A DNA stretch of 64,000 bases from an uncultured Acidobacteriaceae bacterium (lineage in GTDB: Bacteria; Acidobacteriota; Terriglobia; Terriglobales; Acidobacteriaceae): assembly GCA_963755765.1 (NCBI GenBank), contig CAVWKZ010000008.1, positions 615,695 through 679,694 on the forward strand. The letters are read 5' to 3'. The position numbers and the translations under genes are program-made. Under the pieces are notes generated by a model. That model ran no database searches. It was given only the letters and a program-made list of their open reading frames with translations, and was not told where the DNA came from. Positions 38,681 through 46,967 of the stretch are shown in pieces. Position 1 is the stretch's first letter. Each line of letters starts with the position of its first letter.

Positions 38681-39391
38681 TTAGGCTTCGAGGTATTTCA
38701 CGATCCATTCTTTCAGCTTTTGCCGACGCTCGTCGGCATTGTCAAAGCGGACGCCAAAACTTTTGTTGGGCTTCTTCCAGCTGACCTGCCCTCGCACCCA
38801 GACGCGGGGCAGCGTCAGCAGTGAAAATGAGACTTCCACCTGATTCCCGATTTCCGGCACGTGATTGCCCTTGAGCGACATTCCGCCCGAGCTGATTTCC
38901 TGGCTGGTCGCGGTCATGCGGCCACCGTCGGCCATCACGATCCCAACCTCGGTCATGACCGGAATGCGGACGTAGCGGCGAAATTCGTGCAGCACCAACA
39001 TTCGGGTGGAGCGCACCAGCTTCATCGCGGCGGACCGCTCCAGAGGCTCGTGAAATATGGCGTTGATGCAGAGCTTCGAATAGCGCATGGCATCCTGCGC
39101 GGTGCCGCCCAGGCCGAAAATGATAATCCGGCTGTTGGACGCCGATGCTCGGGCAAGTTCGATAATGCTGCCGGCGGTTTCTTTCAGGGGCAAGACACAG
39201 GCCTCGAATTTTTCGCGCTGCAGGCGATCTGCCTGCTCGCGAGAAATCGGAACCGTTTCGATGCCAAATTGACGGAAACACTCCGTGATCAGGAGCGCTG
39301 ACGTCTCTGGCAGGTCAAACAAGGCGACGCGCGCAGCAGACTTTCGATGGACGGGAATGGGGGCGGGAGCACTAGCGGTCGAGTTAGGCAT
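38681..39391 (-). CDS. PilZ domain protein with receiver-like N-terminal domain
   Basis: The C-terminal RRYVRIP...TSQEISSGGMSL fits the PilZ RxxxR / (D/N)xSxxG c-di-GMP motifs. The N-terminal roughly 120 aa resemble a receiver fold. Confidence 0.7.
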   Translation of the reverse strand: MPNSTASAPAPIPVHRKSAARVALFDLPETSALLITECFRQFGIETVPISREQADRLQREKFEACVLPLKETAGSIIELARASASNSRIIIFGLGGTAQDAMRYSKLCINAIFHEPLERSAAMKLVRSTRMLVLHEFRRYVRIPVMTEVGIVMADGGRMTATSQEISSGGMSLKGNHVPEIGNQVEVSFSLLTLPRVWVRGQVSWKKPNKSFGVRFDNADERRQKLKEWIVKYLEA

Positions 39392-39583
39392 GAGTCCCAG
39401 GGGATGAACTCCTCTAATAGCCCATTCTGACGGGCTTTCTGAGAGATGTATAGGTTTCGAAAGGGCCTACTCCCTCTCCAAATGGGCCATTACGGAAGTT
39501 GTACCTGGGCCCGCTAGGGGCGCTCCCTTTGGTTTGTGTCAGGTAAGATACTCCAATCTTTGCACGCGTAGCGCAGCCAGAAA

Positions 39584-40792
39584 ATGATCACGCTCAACGA
39601 CATCCAGTCGGCCTTGCGCCGAATTCGCAGCTCCATCTACCTTTCGCCCTGCGCGCGTTCGGAGACGTTTTCTGAATCTACCGGCAACCAGGTCTATTTG
39701 AAGCTCGACAACCTGCAGCGAACCGGCGCATTCAAGGAGCGGGGTGCGCTGAACAAGTTGCTCGCGCTGGATGCTGAAGAACGGGCCCAGGGTGTGATCG
39801 CGGCCTCGGCCGGAAATCACGCCCAGGGTGTGGCCTACCACGCCGGCAAGCTCGGCATCCGAGCCCAGATTTGCATGCCTTTAACCACTCCGCTCATCAA
39901 GGTCTCGGCGACGCGCGGCTACGGCGCCGATGTGGTGTTGCACGGCGCCAATTATGACGAAGCTTATGAGGAGGCCGTCCGCCGCAGCCACGCGGAACAC
40001 CTAACTTTTGTGCACGCCTTCGATGATGACGACGTCATTGCCGGGCAGGGTACGATCGGCCTCGAACTCATTCAGCAGCACCCTGACCTTGAAGCCGTGG
40101 TCGTGCCCATTGGCGGCGGAGGCTTGATTGGCGGCATCGCCTGCGCACTGAAGGAATCAAATTCGAAAATTCAAGTTTTCGGAGTTCAGCCGTCGAGGTT
40201 ACCGTCCATGAAAGTTGCCGTTGCCGAAGGCAAGCCGGTGACGCTCATGGCGGCCTCCACCATCGCCGATGGCATCGCGGTTCGACGCGCCGGTGACCGC
40301 ACCCTGCCGTTGGTGCAGAAGTACGTAGACGACATCGTTACTGTCGAGGAAGAAGAAATCGCCAACGCGATCCTTCTCTTGCTGGAGCGGGAGAAGACCC
40401 TGGCGGAGGGCGCAGGCGCGGCGGCCCTGGCGGCTCTGGTCAATCGCAAACTACCCATGGTGGGGAAGAAAGTTGCGGTGCTGGTATGTGGAGGAAACAT
40501 CGACGTCACGCTGCTCTCGCGGATCATCGAACGGGGTCTGGTGAAGGACGGGCGTCTGGTGCGTCTGCGCGTGCATCTGCCTGATTATCCCGGGGCGCTC
40601 AATCGGCTGACGTCTATTCTGGCGCAGCATCGCGCCAACATCGTCGAGACGGACTACGACCGCGCTTACCACGGCGTCGGCCTGGGTGAGACTGCGATCG
40701 AAATCACCATGGAGACCCGCGGGCCTGATCATATTGCAGAGATCATCTCGGCTCTGGGCGCGGCGGGTTACACGCAGGAACGAGTTCTATAA
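39584..40792 (+). CDS. ilvA: Threonine ammonia-lyase (short form, single regulatory domain)
   Basis: The PLP-lysine motif LQRTGAFKERGA, the GGGGLIGG glycine loop and a C-terminal ACT-like domain. Length 402 aa. Confidence 0.9.
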   Translation: MITLNDIQSALRRIRSSIYLSPCARSETFSESTGNQVYLKLDNLQRTGAFKERGALNKLLALDAEERAQGVIAASAGNHAQGVAYHAGKLGIRAQICMPLTTPLIKVSATRGYGADVVLHGANYDEAYEEAVRRSHAEHLTFVHAFDDDDVIAGQGTIGLELIQQHPDLEAVVVPIGGGGLIGGIACALKESNSKIQVFGVQPSRLPSMKVAVAEGKPVTLMAASTIADGIAVRRAGDRTLPLVQKYVDDIVTVEEEEIANAILLLLEREKTLAEGAGAAALAALVNRKLPMVGKKVAVLVCGGNIDVTLLSRIIERGLVKDGRLVRLRVHLPDYPGALNRLTSILAQHRANIVETDYDRAYHGVGLGETAIEITMETRGPDHIAEIISALGAAGYTQERVL

Positions 40793-40855
40793 CACAAACA
40801 CACGGCTGCGGCTACACTTATTCAAAATGTGAACAGGGTCGCGCCAGGGTCTCCG

Positions 40856-41878
40856 CTACGAAGATGAAAGCGTCCGAGTCCCCCGATTCGCATCGTACTT
40901 CGCCTCCGGATAAGCTCGGTCAAACAAGACCCAAAGCGCTCCGATCACGATGAAGACGAGGTAGCTACCCTCCGGCCCAACCGAGCCGCCCGTAAGCCAA
41001 ACCGGACCGTGCAAAGTGGAATGGAGCAGATTTCCAGGTAGCATCGCCCCGCTATCAGGAACGGAGTAAAGATAGCTCTCGCCCCAATCCCAAGCCATAT
41101 GAAATCCGACGGCCCACCACAAATCGCCCGTCCGCCGCAGCGTGAGACATAAAAAAAAGCCGATCAATCCCGCCGCCACCAGGCCGGTTTTCGCCTCACC
41201 CGGATTCCCCCCGTGGATGGCGCCGAACACAAACGACAGGAGCGCCGCCGTCGGCCAGAAATTCATTCCTCGCGAGAGCACCCACTGCGAGTAGCCGCGC
41301 ATCAGGAAATCTTCAAAGAACCCGGTAATCAGAAAAAACACCGCGTAATAAGCAGCAAATTTCCAGATGCGCGTACCGTGAAGAGATAGAGCGAGCGACC
41401 CGAAATTAAACGCTCCGAGGACGCGAAGCACCAGCATCAGGACGCTCAGAGACGCAATGCCCCAAAAAGTTCCGACCCAGAAGTTTCGCCCAAAGGCGCG
41501 TCGCGCCGGAAGCCCAAAGTCTCCGAACGGACGACTCTCAATCCGCGCCATCACGAAGGCAGGTAAGATCACGGCCAGAGCCCTGCTAGCCTCGATCATC
41601 ATTCGCCACCAGATGGCGTTCACATGCGACTCAATCGAAACCAGCAGCCAGCTCTCAACCTCGAACACGATCCAAGCCATCGCCAGGTAAATCAGCCATC
41701 GCGGGAGCGCGTAGATTCCATCTGGTCCGACAAGAGCATTCCGCACTGGAGACGACGCAGCCCCTTGAGCACCATCCGCCGTCGCTGGCGTCTCTGACTC
41801 TGTCGAAGAAGGTGACAACAGTTTGTTATCCATCTTTAGTTGTCCAGACTTTAAGTTATCCAGAGCAGTCCCGGACAT
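40856..41878 (-). CDS. CPBP family (CAAX-type) intramembrane metalloprotease
   Basis: FFEDFLMRGY (EExxxR-like), FGAIHG and HMAWDW motifs within multiple TM helices. I trimmed the start to the ATG at 41878 to remove the overlap with the divergent gene. Confidence 0.7.
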   Translation of the reverse strand: MSGTALDNLKSGQLKMDNKLLSPSSTESETPATADGAQGAASSPVRNALVGPDGIYALPRWLIYLAMAWIVFEVESWLLVSIESHVNAIWWRMMIEASRALAVILPAFVMARIESRPFGDFGLPARRAFGRNFWVGTFWGIASLSVLMLVLRVLGAFNFGSLALSLHGTRIWKFAAYYAVFFLITGFFEDFLMRGYSQWVLSRGMNFWPTAALLSFVFGAIHGGNPGEAKTGLVAAGLIGFFLCLTLRRTGDLWWAVGFHMAWDWGESYLYSVPDSGAMLPGNLLHSTLHGPVWLTGGSVGPEGSYLVFIVIGALWVLFDRAYPEAKYDANRGTRTLSSS

Positions 41879-41908
41879 GGTAAAACACTCGGTCTGCCCG
41901 TTACGTAA

Positions 41909-43141
41909 ATGTTGCGCCGATTTCTCCATTCCGACGCGTTCCGCGCCCCGCAACTTGCCGCTGCTGCGCTGCTGCTCGTCTATCTTGTGCAATGCGTTTG
42001 GCTGGTCCGCATGCAGCAACCATCGCAGGACTCCGGCCAGGTTTTGCGTATCTATCAAGGCCTCGAGCAGTGGCAGAACGGCGTCATCGCAGGAACTCCC
42101 GAATCGTTGCGTTCCGAAGCCGCGACTGGCCTGCCTTCCGCCGGACGCGAAGGCCATCTCCGTGTGCGCGACGGCTACGATCAGGACCGCTCGCCACTCT
42201 ACTACCTCGTCGCCGCTGCACCATTTCTGGTGCGCCCCGGTTTATGGCTGCCGGAATCGCTCCATCCGCTGCTGGCCGCGTCGCCGTACCTGTTCTTCGG
42301 CGTCATGCTAGGAGCTTCGCTCTGGTACGTCGCGCGCCGTCTCTACGGCAACGCTGGTGGATACATCGCACTCGCACTCTACTGCTTCTCGCCAGCCATG
42401 ATTGTCAACGCCGCCGGCGCACAAAGCCTGGGTGAAATGGGAGCGGTGTGGGGAGCGTTCGGGACCGTCTTCAACGCCATCGCCGTGGCGCATACGCTCT
42501 ACGCGCCCCGCGAAGTTGTGCTCTGGAACTGGCGCCGCATTCTGCTTCTGGGTCTTTCTCTGGCGCTGGCCGCGGGCAACCAGTTTTCGCTGGCAGTGCT
42601 GGCGCTGCTGATTTTGCCAGTTATGTTCTGGGTAGCGCCAGTCCGTCTGCGCGCCGTGCTCGTGATCTGGGCTGCTTCCCTTGCGATCGCTGTGCTGCTG
42701 CTGTTTGCCGCCTATTTTGTCGAACCTGCTTTGTTTTGGCAAGGGATGCTCCACGCCCGCTGGATCAACTTCGAGCCCGCCGCATTTGCCGGGTCCGTCT
42801 CCTATCGCACAGCTATACGAACGATATTCACCGGCAGCCCTGCGCTGATGCTAGCCCTTCCCGTAGCGTTGCTCGCATACTTCGGATGGAAGCGCACCCG
42901 CTATTTCGGCAACACCGCGCCTCTACTGGTCGCTCTGCTGCTGCTCATTTTGGCGCTGGCTGCTCCCAGTTTCCCGGGAGACGGATTCTATCTGCCGGCG
43001 ATCGTGTTCCTCTTCGTCTTCGTAGCCGGAGTCTTTGCCGATCTGCTGGAGACTCGTCAAAATCTGTTGGTGACGGCGAGCCTTGGCGGATTGTTGGGCG
43101 CGTCGGCCATCTGGAACCTGCTGCAGTTGTGGCGCATTTGA
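41909..43141 (+). CDS. Polytopic integral membrane protein (possibly GT-C-like)
   Basis: 410 aa with at least 9 hydrophobic helices. No catalytic motif confidently recognised. Confidence 0.55.
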   Translation: MLRRFLHSDAFRAPQLAAAALLLVYLVQCVWLVRMQQPSQDSGQVLRIYQGLEQWQNGVIAGTPESLRSEAATGLPSAGREGHLRVRDGYDQDRSPLYYLVAAAPFLVRPGLWLPESLHPLLAASPYLFFGVMLGASLWYVARRLYGNAGGYIALALYCFSPAMIVNAAGAQSLGEMGAVWGAFGTVFNAIAVAHTLYAPREVVLWNWRRILLLGLSLALAAGNQFSLAVLALLILPVMFWVAPVRLRAVLVIWAASLAIAVLLLFAAYFVEPALFWQGMLHARWINFEPAAFAGSVSYRTAIRTIFTGSPALMLALPVALLAYFGWKRTRYFGNTAPLLVALLLLILALAAPSFPGDGFYLPAIVFLFVFVAGVFADLLETRQNLLVTASLGGLLGASAIWNLLQLWRI

Positions 43142-43215
43142 TTTCCTGCGGAGCGCGACGTGCCAATTCTCTACAGGTTAGAATAGTTGATTACAAAGTT
43201 GCCAAGGATCAACCT

Positions 43216-43875
43216 TTGAACGAATCACCGAATCCAACGTCGAAGACCATCTATGTAACTCGGACCGGCCTCCCGCTCAGTTTTACGCTCGACTGGCCGT
43301 TCCGCCGAGCCACGTCCGGCGCGGACTTTGACGTCCTGCATACCACGATCACACTGGAGAATTCCGACGGCTTGCGCGCGCTCGTGGCCGTGAATCTTTC
43401 CGCCACTCTCCGGGAAGTGCTGCCTTCGCTCGAACCGAAAGACATGGAAAGTCCCGTCATCAATGCTCTGCGCAAGGAGGTCGACAACAAGCAGACCGAG
43501 TTCGTGAAATCCGGCAAACTGGTGCCGCTTCCATTGTCCAGCCGCCACTACAGTTTCAAACTCAAGCAATGGGTCTTCGGCAAGGCGACCGACGAAGAAA
43601 TCGCACGCATGATTGAGCGGAAGGTTTATTGGCAGACTCGCCTGGTCGGCGGAGATGTGTGGCTCGCCGACCCGACCGAGGCTCTCTATGTCGATACCAC
43701 CTCCGATCATATCGCTGAGATCGCTGCTCGACTTGTGCAGCAGGGTCAGTTCACCGTGGCCCAGCGCTATGCAACCGCGCTCCCGGCCCTGATCGATTAC
43801 GTGGGCCGTTTCGAATCCGAAATGGCCGCAGCCCGTCAGCAACTGGAGGAAAAGCACGCTTTTGAGCGCGGATAA
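43216..43875 (+). CDS. Hypothetical protein (start uncertain)
   Basis: Only the 3' third of the 475-aa ORF 42448-43875 is free of overlap with the preceding gene. TTG at 43216 is the first canonical start after 43141. No family recognised. Confidence 0.4.
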   Translation: MNESPNPTSKTIYVTRTGLPLSFTLDWPFRRATSGADFDVLHTTITLENSDGLRALVAVNLSATLREVLPSLEPKDMESPVINALRKEVDNKQTEFVKSGKLVPLPLSSRHYSFKLKQWVFGKATDEEIARMIERKVYWQTRLVGGDVWLADPTEALYVDTTSDHIAEIAARLVQQGQFTVAQRYATALPALIDYVGRFESEMAAARQQLEEKHAFERG

Positions 43876-44091
43876 TCAGAACTCCCAGCCGAAAAGGTAC
43901 TCCCCGTTCCCCACGCGCGGCAGGCGATTCTTTCGAACCATGGACGGTCCTGGCATGCAGTGAAAGTGTTTCCGACAATCACATCGGGGATAAATGTCAT
44001 TTGCATGACACCGTACCTTAGTGCACCAGCAGTCGTACATCCCGAGTTAGTACCCCCTCTCTAGTTATCATGCTCTATTTAGCAACAATTC

Positions 44092-44120
44092 TTGACTTAG
44101 CCATTAGTGAGTTATACGAT
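44092..44120 (+). promoter_or_regulatory. Candidate sigma-70 promoter in an AT-rich stretch
   Basis: TTGACT (44092-44097), a 17-nt spacer, then TACGAT (44115-44120). It lies 13 nt upstream of the ATG at 44133. Confidence 0.4.
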
Positions 44121-44132
44121 CGCTAAATAAAC

Positions 44133-44402
44133 ATGTCTCATAACGTACTTATACTGCGGGAAAGGTCGTCAGCCATGATAGAAGTACTGTCCCACGAAAA
44201 CGAAGAAAGAAGCTTCGCGGAGTTCCGCCGGAAGGTGCGCTCGGCGGAAGTTCTTTCGGCAGCAATGCAACGTCTGTTACAGGCAATTCACTTCACTGGT
44301 CGTTTGAGTGTCATTGTGCAGAACGGGCAGGTGCTCAAATCCGGCTACGAGGAGGGTTACTTCCGGCAGCCGGAGTCCGGAGCCCTAGCCAGACTGCAAT
44401 AG
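44133..44402 (+). CDS. Hypothetical small protein
   Basis: 89-aa ORF, or 75 aa from the ATG at 44175. It is the first gene after the AT-rich region. No family recognised. Confidence 0.45.
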   Translation: MSHNVLILRERSSAMIEVLSHENEERSFAEFRRKVRSAEVLSAAMQRLLQAIHFTGRLSVIVQNGQVLKSGYEEGYFRQPESGALARLQ

Positions 44403-44523
44403 CTCTTTCAATCCTAATTACATAGCAATACAGGTCATCGTAAGAGAAACGAGCCCTGGGCCGAGAAATCGGTACCGGGGCTTTTTTGTTTTGCGCGTTT
44501 CTTATTTCCAAGGAGAGGCAATC

Positions 44524-44808
44524 ATGAACTTCATAAGCAAGATGGACGGCGACGAAATCCAAATCGAGCTGAAGTATTGCGAGCGGTGCGGCGGATTGTG
44601 GCTGCGCCGGCAAGGAACAGATGGAGTGTATTGCGCGAGTTGCAGAGTGTGTTTGGCAGCAATGCCAGACCCAGGGGAGGCGCCGCCGCGCAAGACGCGC
44701 CGCCGCAAAGTGCGTTTGCCGAAGGCGGAAGTTCGAAAACATGATCTTCAGAGCTCGGCCCGGATTGAATCTCTGCAGGGCGTCGCCGCGATGGAGGTGC
44801 GGGTATGA
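44524..44808 (+). CDS. Zinc-ribbon protein with basic C-terminal tail
   Basis: GGAGAGG Shine-Dalgarno sequence 5 nt upstream of the ATG. CERCGG...YCASC is a pair of CxxC motifs, followed by PRKTRRRKVRLPK. The stop overlaps the next start (ATGA). Confidence 0.55.
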   Translation: MNFISKMDGDEIQIELKYCERCGGLWLRRQGTDGVYCASCRVCLAAMPDPGEAPPRKTRRRKVRLPKAEVRKHDLQSSARIESLQGVAAMEVRV

Positions 44809-45389
44809 CGAGGATGCAAACGATGGACGCAGGAGTAGGGAGTCTAATGGGGCAAGCGGAACCACCGCCGTCGGCGCTGTATGGCGTGCCGGAGATGGAA
44901 CTGTGGCCTTATCGCAGACGCACAGTGGCGCTGCTCCGGCGGTATGCCCGAGCCTCTGTCGAGGTGGGGAGGCTACCGTCGCTGCTGGGGCGCGAGTTCT
45001 TCCGGTCGCGGGTCACCTCGTACACGATGAGGAACTTTGAGGACATCGTGATTTTTGTGGCCGACATGGAGCAGGCGATCGAGAAACTGAACGCGCTCGA
45101 AAAGAAGTTGCTGGCGATGAATGTTCTGGAGGAATACACCATTCCCGAGGTCGCGCGCCTGCTCAGTTATAACCAGAGAATGGTAGAGCGGCTCCTGCAG
45201 GACGCGCTCGACCGCCTCTCACGGATCCTGCTCGCGAATGGTTTGATGGAACAACTACCTATGACGAGTGGGGGGTCGAAAAGTTGTCAAGGGGGTAAGA
45301 ATCACAAATTCGATGTAAGTGATACAAACGATGGCAAAAATAAATATCGGAAATCTGTCGGTACACCCCCCTCTGATTTGATATCCTAA
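44805..45389 (+). CDS. Sigma-70 region-4-like HTH protein (no recognisable region 2)
   Basis: LNALEKKLLAMNVLEEYTIPEVARLLSYNQRMVERLLQDALDRLSRIL resembles an ECF sigma region 4.2 HTH. The gene is translationally coupled to the preceding ORF. Confidence 0.5.
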   Translation: MTRMQTMDAGVGSLMGQAEPPPSALYGVPEMELWPYRRRTVALLRRYARASVEVGRLPSLLGREFFRSRVTSYTMRNFEDIVIFVADMEQAIEKLNALEKKLLAMNVLEEYTIPEVARLLSYNQRMVERLLQDALDRLSRILLANGLMEQLPMTSGGSKSCQGGKNHKFDVSDTNDGKNKYRKSVGTPPSDLIS

Positions 45390-45419
45390 ACTTAAGAGTT
45401 GAAAAATAAACATTCTGAA

Positions 45420-45446
45420 GGGCGCGACACCAATCGCGCCCTTTTT
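45420..45446 (+). terminator. Rho-independent terminator
   Basis: gggcgcga-caccaa-tcgcgccc followed by TTTTT. It starts 31 nt after the stop at 45389. Confidence 0.85.
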
Positions 45447-45465
45447 CTATTTTGGGCGGGGGGGA

Positions 45466-45606
45466 ATGGCGGAGGAAAAGGCGGACGGCGTCGAAGAGCA
45501 GGAATCGCTGGCGAGATCGCTGATTGAGAAGCTGGGACTGTATGAAGAGCTCCCCGTCGTCGAAGTTGGCGAAGAAGGTGAGAGGGTTGAAGTAGAATCA
45601 GAGTAA
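45466..45606 (+). CDS. Possible 46-aa highly acidic small protein (below the ORF-track cutoff)
   Basis: A G-rich stretch precedes the ATG. The product is MAEEKADGVEEQESLARSLIEKLGLYEELPVVEVGEEGERVEVESE. It lies between the terminator and the phosphatase gene. Confidence 0.3.
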   Translation: MAEEKADGVEEQESLARSLIEKLGLYEELPVVEVGEEGERVEVESE

Positions 45607-45649
45607 TTACAGAACACGGATTGCGTCGGGAAAGCGAAACAAGCGCAGC

Positions 45650-46114
45650 ATGGACATGACCTGGGTCACAGAACGAGTTGCGCTGGGCGGTGGCATCTGG
45701 AATGCGCGGAATATGGAAGAGCTGGCGCAAGCGGGCATAACTCACGTGCTCAACATGCAGATCGAGTTCGATGACCGGCCGCTTGCCGAGCCGCACGGGA
45801 TCCGCGTGTTGTGGAATCCGACTGACGACGATTTTTTGCTGAAGCCCCCGGAATTACTGAAACGCGGCGTTGACTTTGCGCTGGAAGCGCTGGGGAATCC
45901 GGAGGCGCGGCTTTACATTCATTGCGCTGCGGGAGTGCACCGGGCTCCGATGATGACGCTGGCGGTATTGTGTGCGATGGAGTGGGAGATGGAAGCCGGA
46001 ATGGAGCTGATCGAAACCCGAAGGCCGGTGGTCGACTTCGCTGATGTGTATGTCGAGAGTGTGCGGCGATTTCTGGAATCGCGAGTTGAGAGTGCATCGC
46101 CGCGTTCAGACTGA
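45650..46114 (+). CDS. Dual-specificity/protein-tyrosine phosphatase (CX5R)
   Basis: The active-site signature IHCAAGVHRAP (HCxxGxxR), in a 154-aa protein. Confidence 0.8.
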   Translation: MDMTWVTERVALGGGIWNARNMEELAQAGITHVLNMQIEFDDRPLAEPHGIRVLWNPTDDDFLLKPPELLKRGVDFALEALGNPEARLYIHCAAGVHRAPMMTLAVLCAMEWEMEAGMELIETRRPVVDFADVYVESVRRFLESRVESASPRSD

Positions 46115-46152
46115 CACTCGGAAATGAGTTGGAGGGGATATGCGAAAAGGGC

Positions 46153-46176
46153 GCCGCTCAATAGAGCGGCTTTTTT
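46153..46176 (+). terminator. Rho-independent terminator
   Basis: gccgctc-aata-gagcggc followed by TTTTTT. Confidence 0.85.
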
Positions 46177-46247
46177 ATTGGCCTGAACATTGGCCCGAGC
46201 ATCGGTCCGAACCACGGTCGCATGCGCTCGCGAGGAGAAAGAAAGAC

Positions 46248-46961
46248 ATGCCCAGATCGTTCGCGGTGAATAACAGCTGTTTCTTGACGCCTGCGAAAGT
46301 GGCGATTTTCCTGGTGGTGCTGCTGATGGTGTTGGCATCATCAACCACGTCGTGGGCACAAGGGCCGGCGCTGACAACGGTCGCCGGCACCGTGTATCGC
46401 GCGGACGGAACCGAGGCCGCGGGTGCGGTCCTGATTTCATGGCCGTCGTTCCAGTCCGCTGAGGGAGACGCGGTGGCTGCGGGCAATCTGGCGGTGACGA
46501 TCGGATCAGAAGGCGCGTTTACAGCACAACTGGTTCCGAACGTGGGTGCGTCTCCGGCGGGAACTTACTACGTGGTCGTATTCCAGCTGGATGATGGAAC
46601 CGTCCGGACAGAGTATTGGGCAGTTCCGGCAACATCGCCGACCACAATTGCCGCGGTGTTGACGACGCCCGGTACCGGATTAGGGAACCTTGCCGCGACA
46701 CAGGAATACGTGAATGCGGCAGTAGCGCCACTTGCGGTCGACGCCACGGTAGTGCACCTCGCGGGAGCGGAAACGATTACCGGCACAAAGACGTTTGCTG
46801 TGCCTCCGTCGCTTCCGGTGCCGACCGAGCCGGATGACGCTGCGAACAAGAGTTATGTGGATGAGGCAGTTGAAAACGTAGGCTCAGGAGCGTACGTGCC
46901 CCTCGCCGGCGGTACCATGACCGGCCCGCTGACTTTGCCGGGAGAAACGCCGTTGGTCTAA
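46248..46961 (+). CDS. Secreted protein with phage tail-fibre-like C-terminal motifs
   Basis: Signal peptide (VAIFLVVLLMVLASSTTSWAQG) and a carboxypeptidase-regulatory-like segment. These are followed by DDAANKSYVDEAV and YVPLAGGTMTGPLTL, motifs I associate with tail fibres. The ORF ends 6 nt before the convergent E2 gene. Confidence 0.55.
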   Translation: MPRSFAVNNSCFLTPAKVAIFLVVLLMVLASSTTSWAQGPALTTVAGTVYRADGTEAAGAVLISWPSFQSAEGDAVAAGNLAVTIGSEGAFTAQLVPNVGASPAGTYYVVVFQLDDGTVRTEYWAVPATSPTTIAAVLTTPGTGLGNLAATQEYVNAAVAPLAVDATVVHLAGAETITGTKTFAVPPSLPVPTEPDDAANKSYVDEAVENVGSGAYVPLAGGTMTGPLTLPGETPLV

Positions 46962-46967
46962 GCGTGG

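Noticed and set aside
42448-43215. The N-terminal two thirds of the 475-aa ORF 42448-43875.
   Set aside because: It overlaps the polytopic membrane-protein gene 41909-43141 in another frame and reads as Arg/Ser/Ala-rich junk. Only the part after 43141 is plausibly coding.
44335-44865. Minus-strand ORFs 44335-44865 (176 aa) and 45392-45796 (134 aa) in the accessory region.
   Set aside because: Both overlap plus-strand genes that have SD sequences, start/stop coupling, recognisable motifs (zinc ribbon, HTH, CX5R) and flanking terminators oriented for the plus strand. Their own translations are Arg/Pro/Ser-rich.
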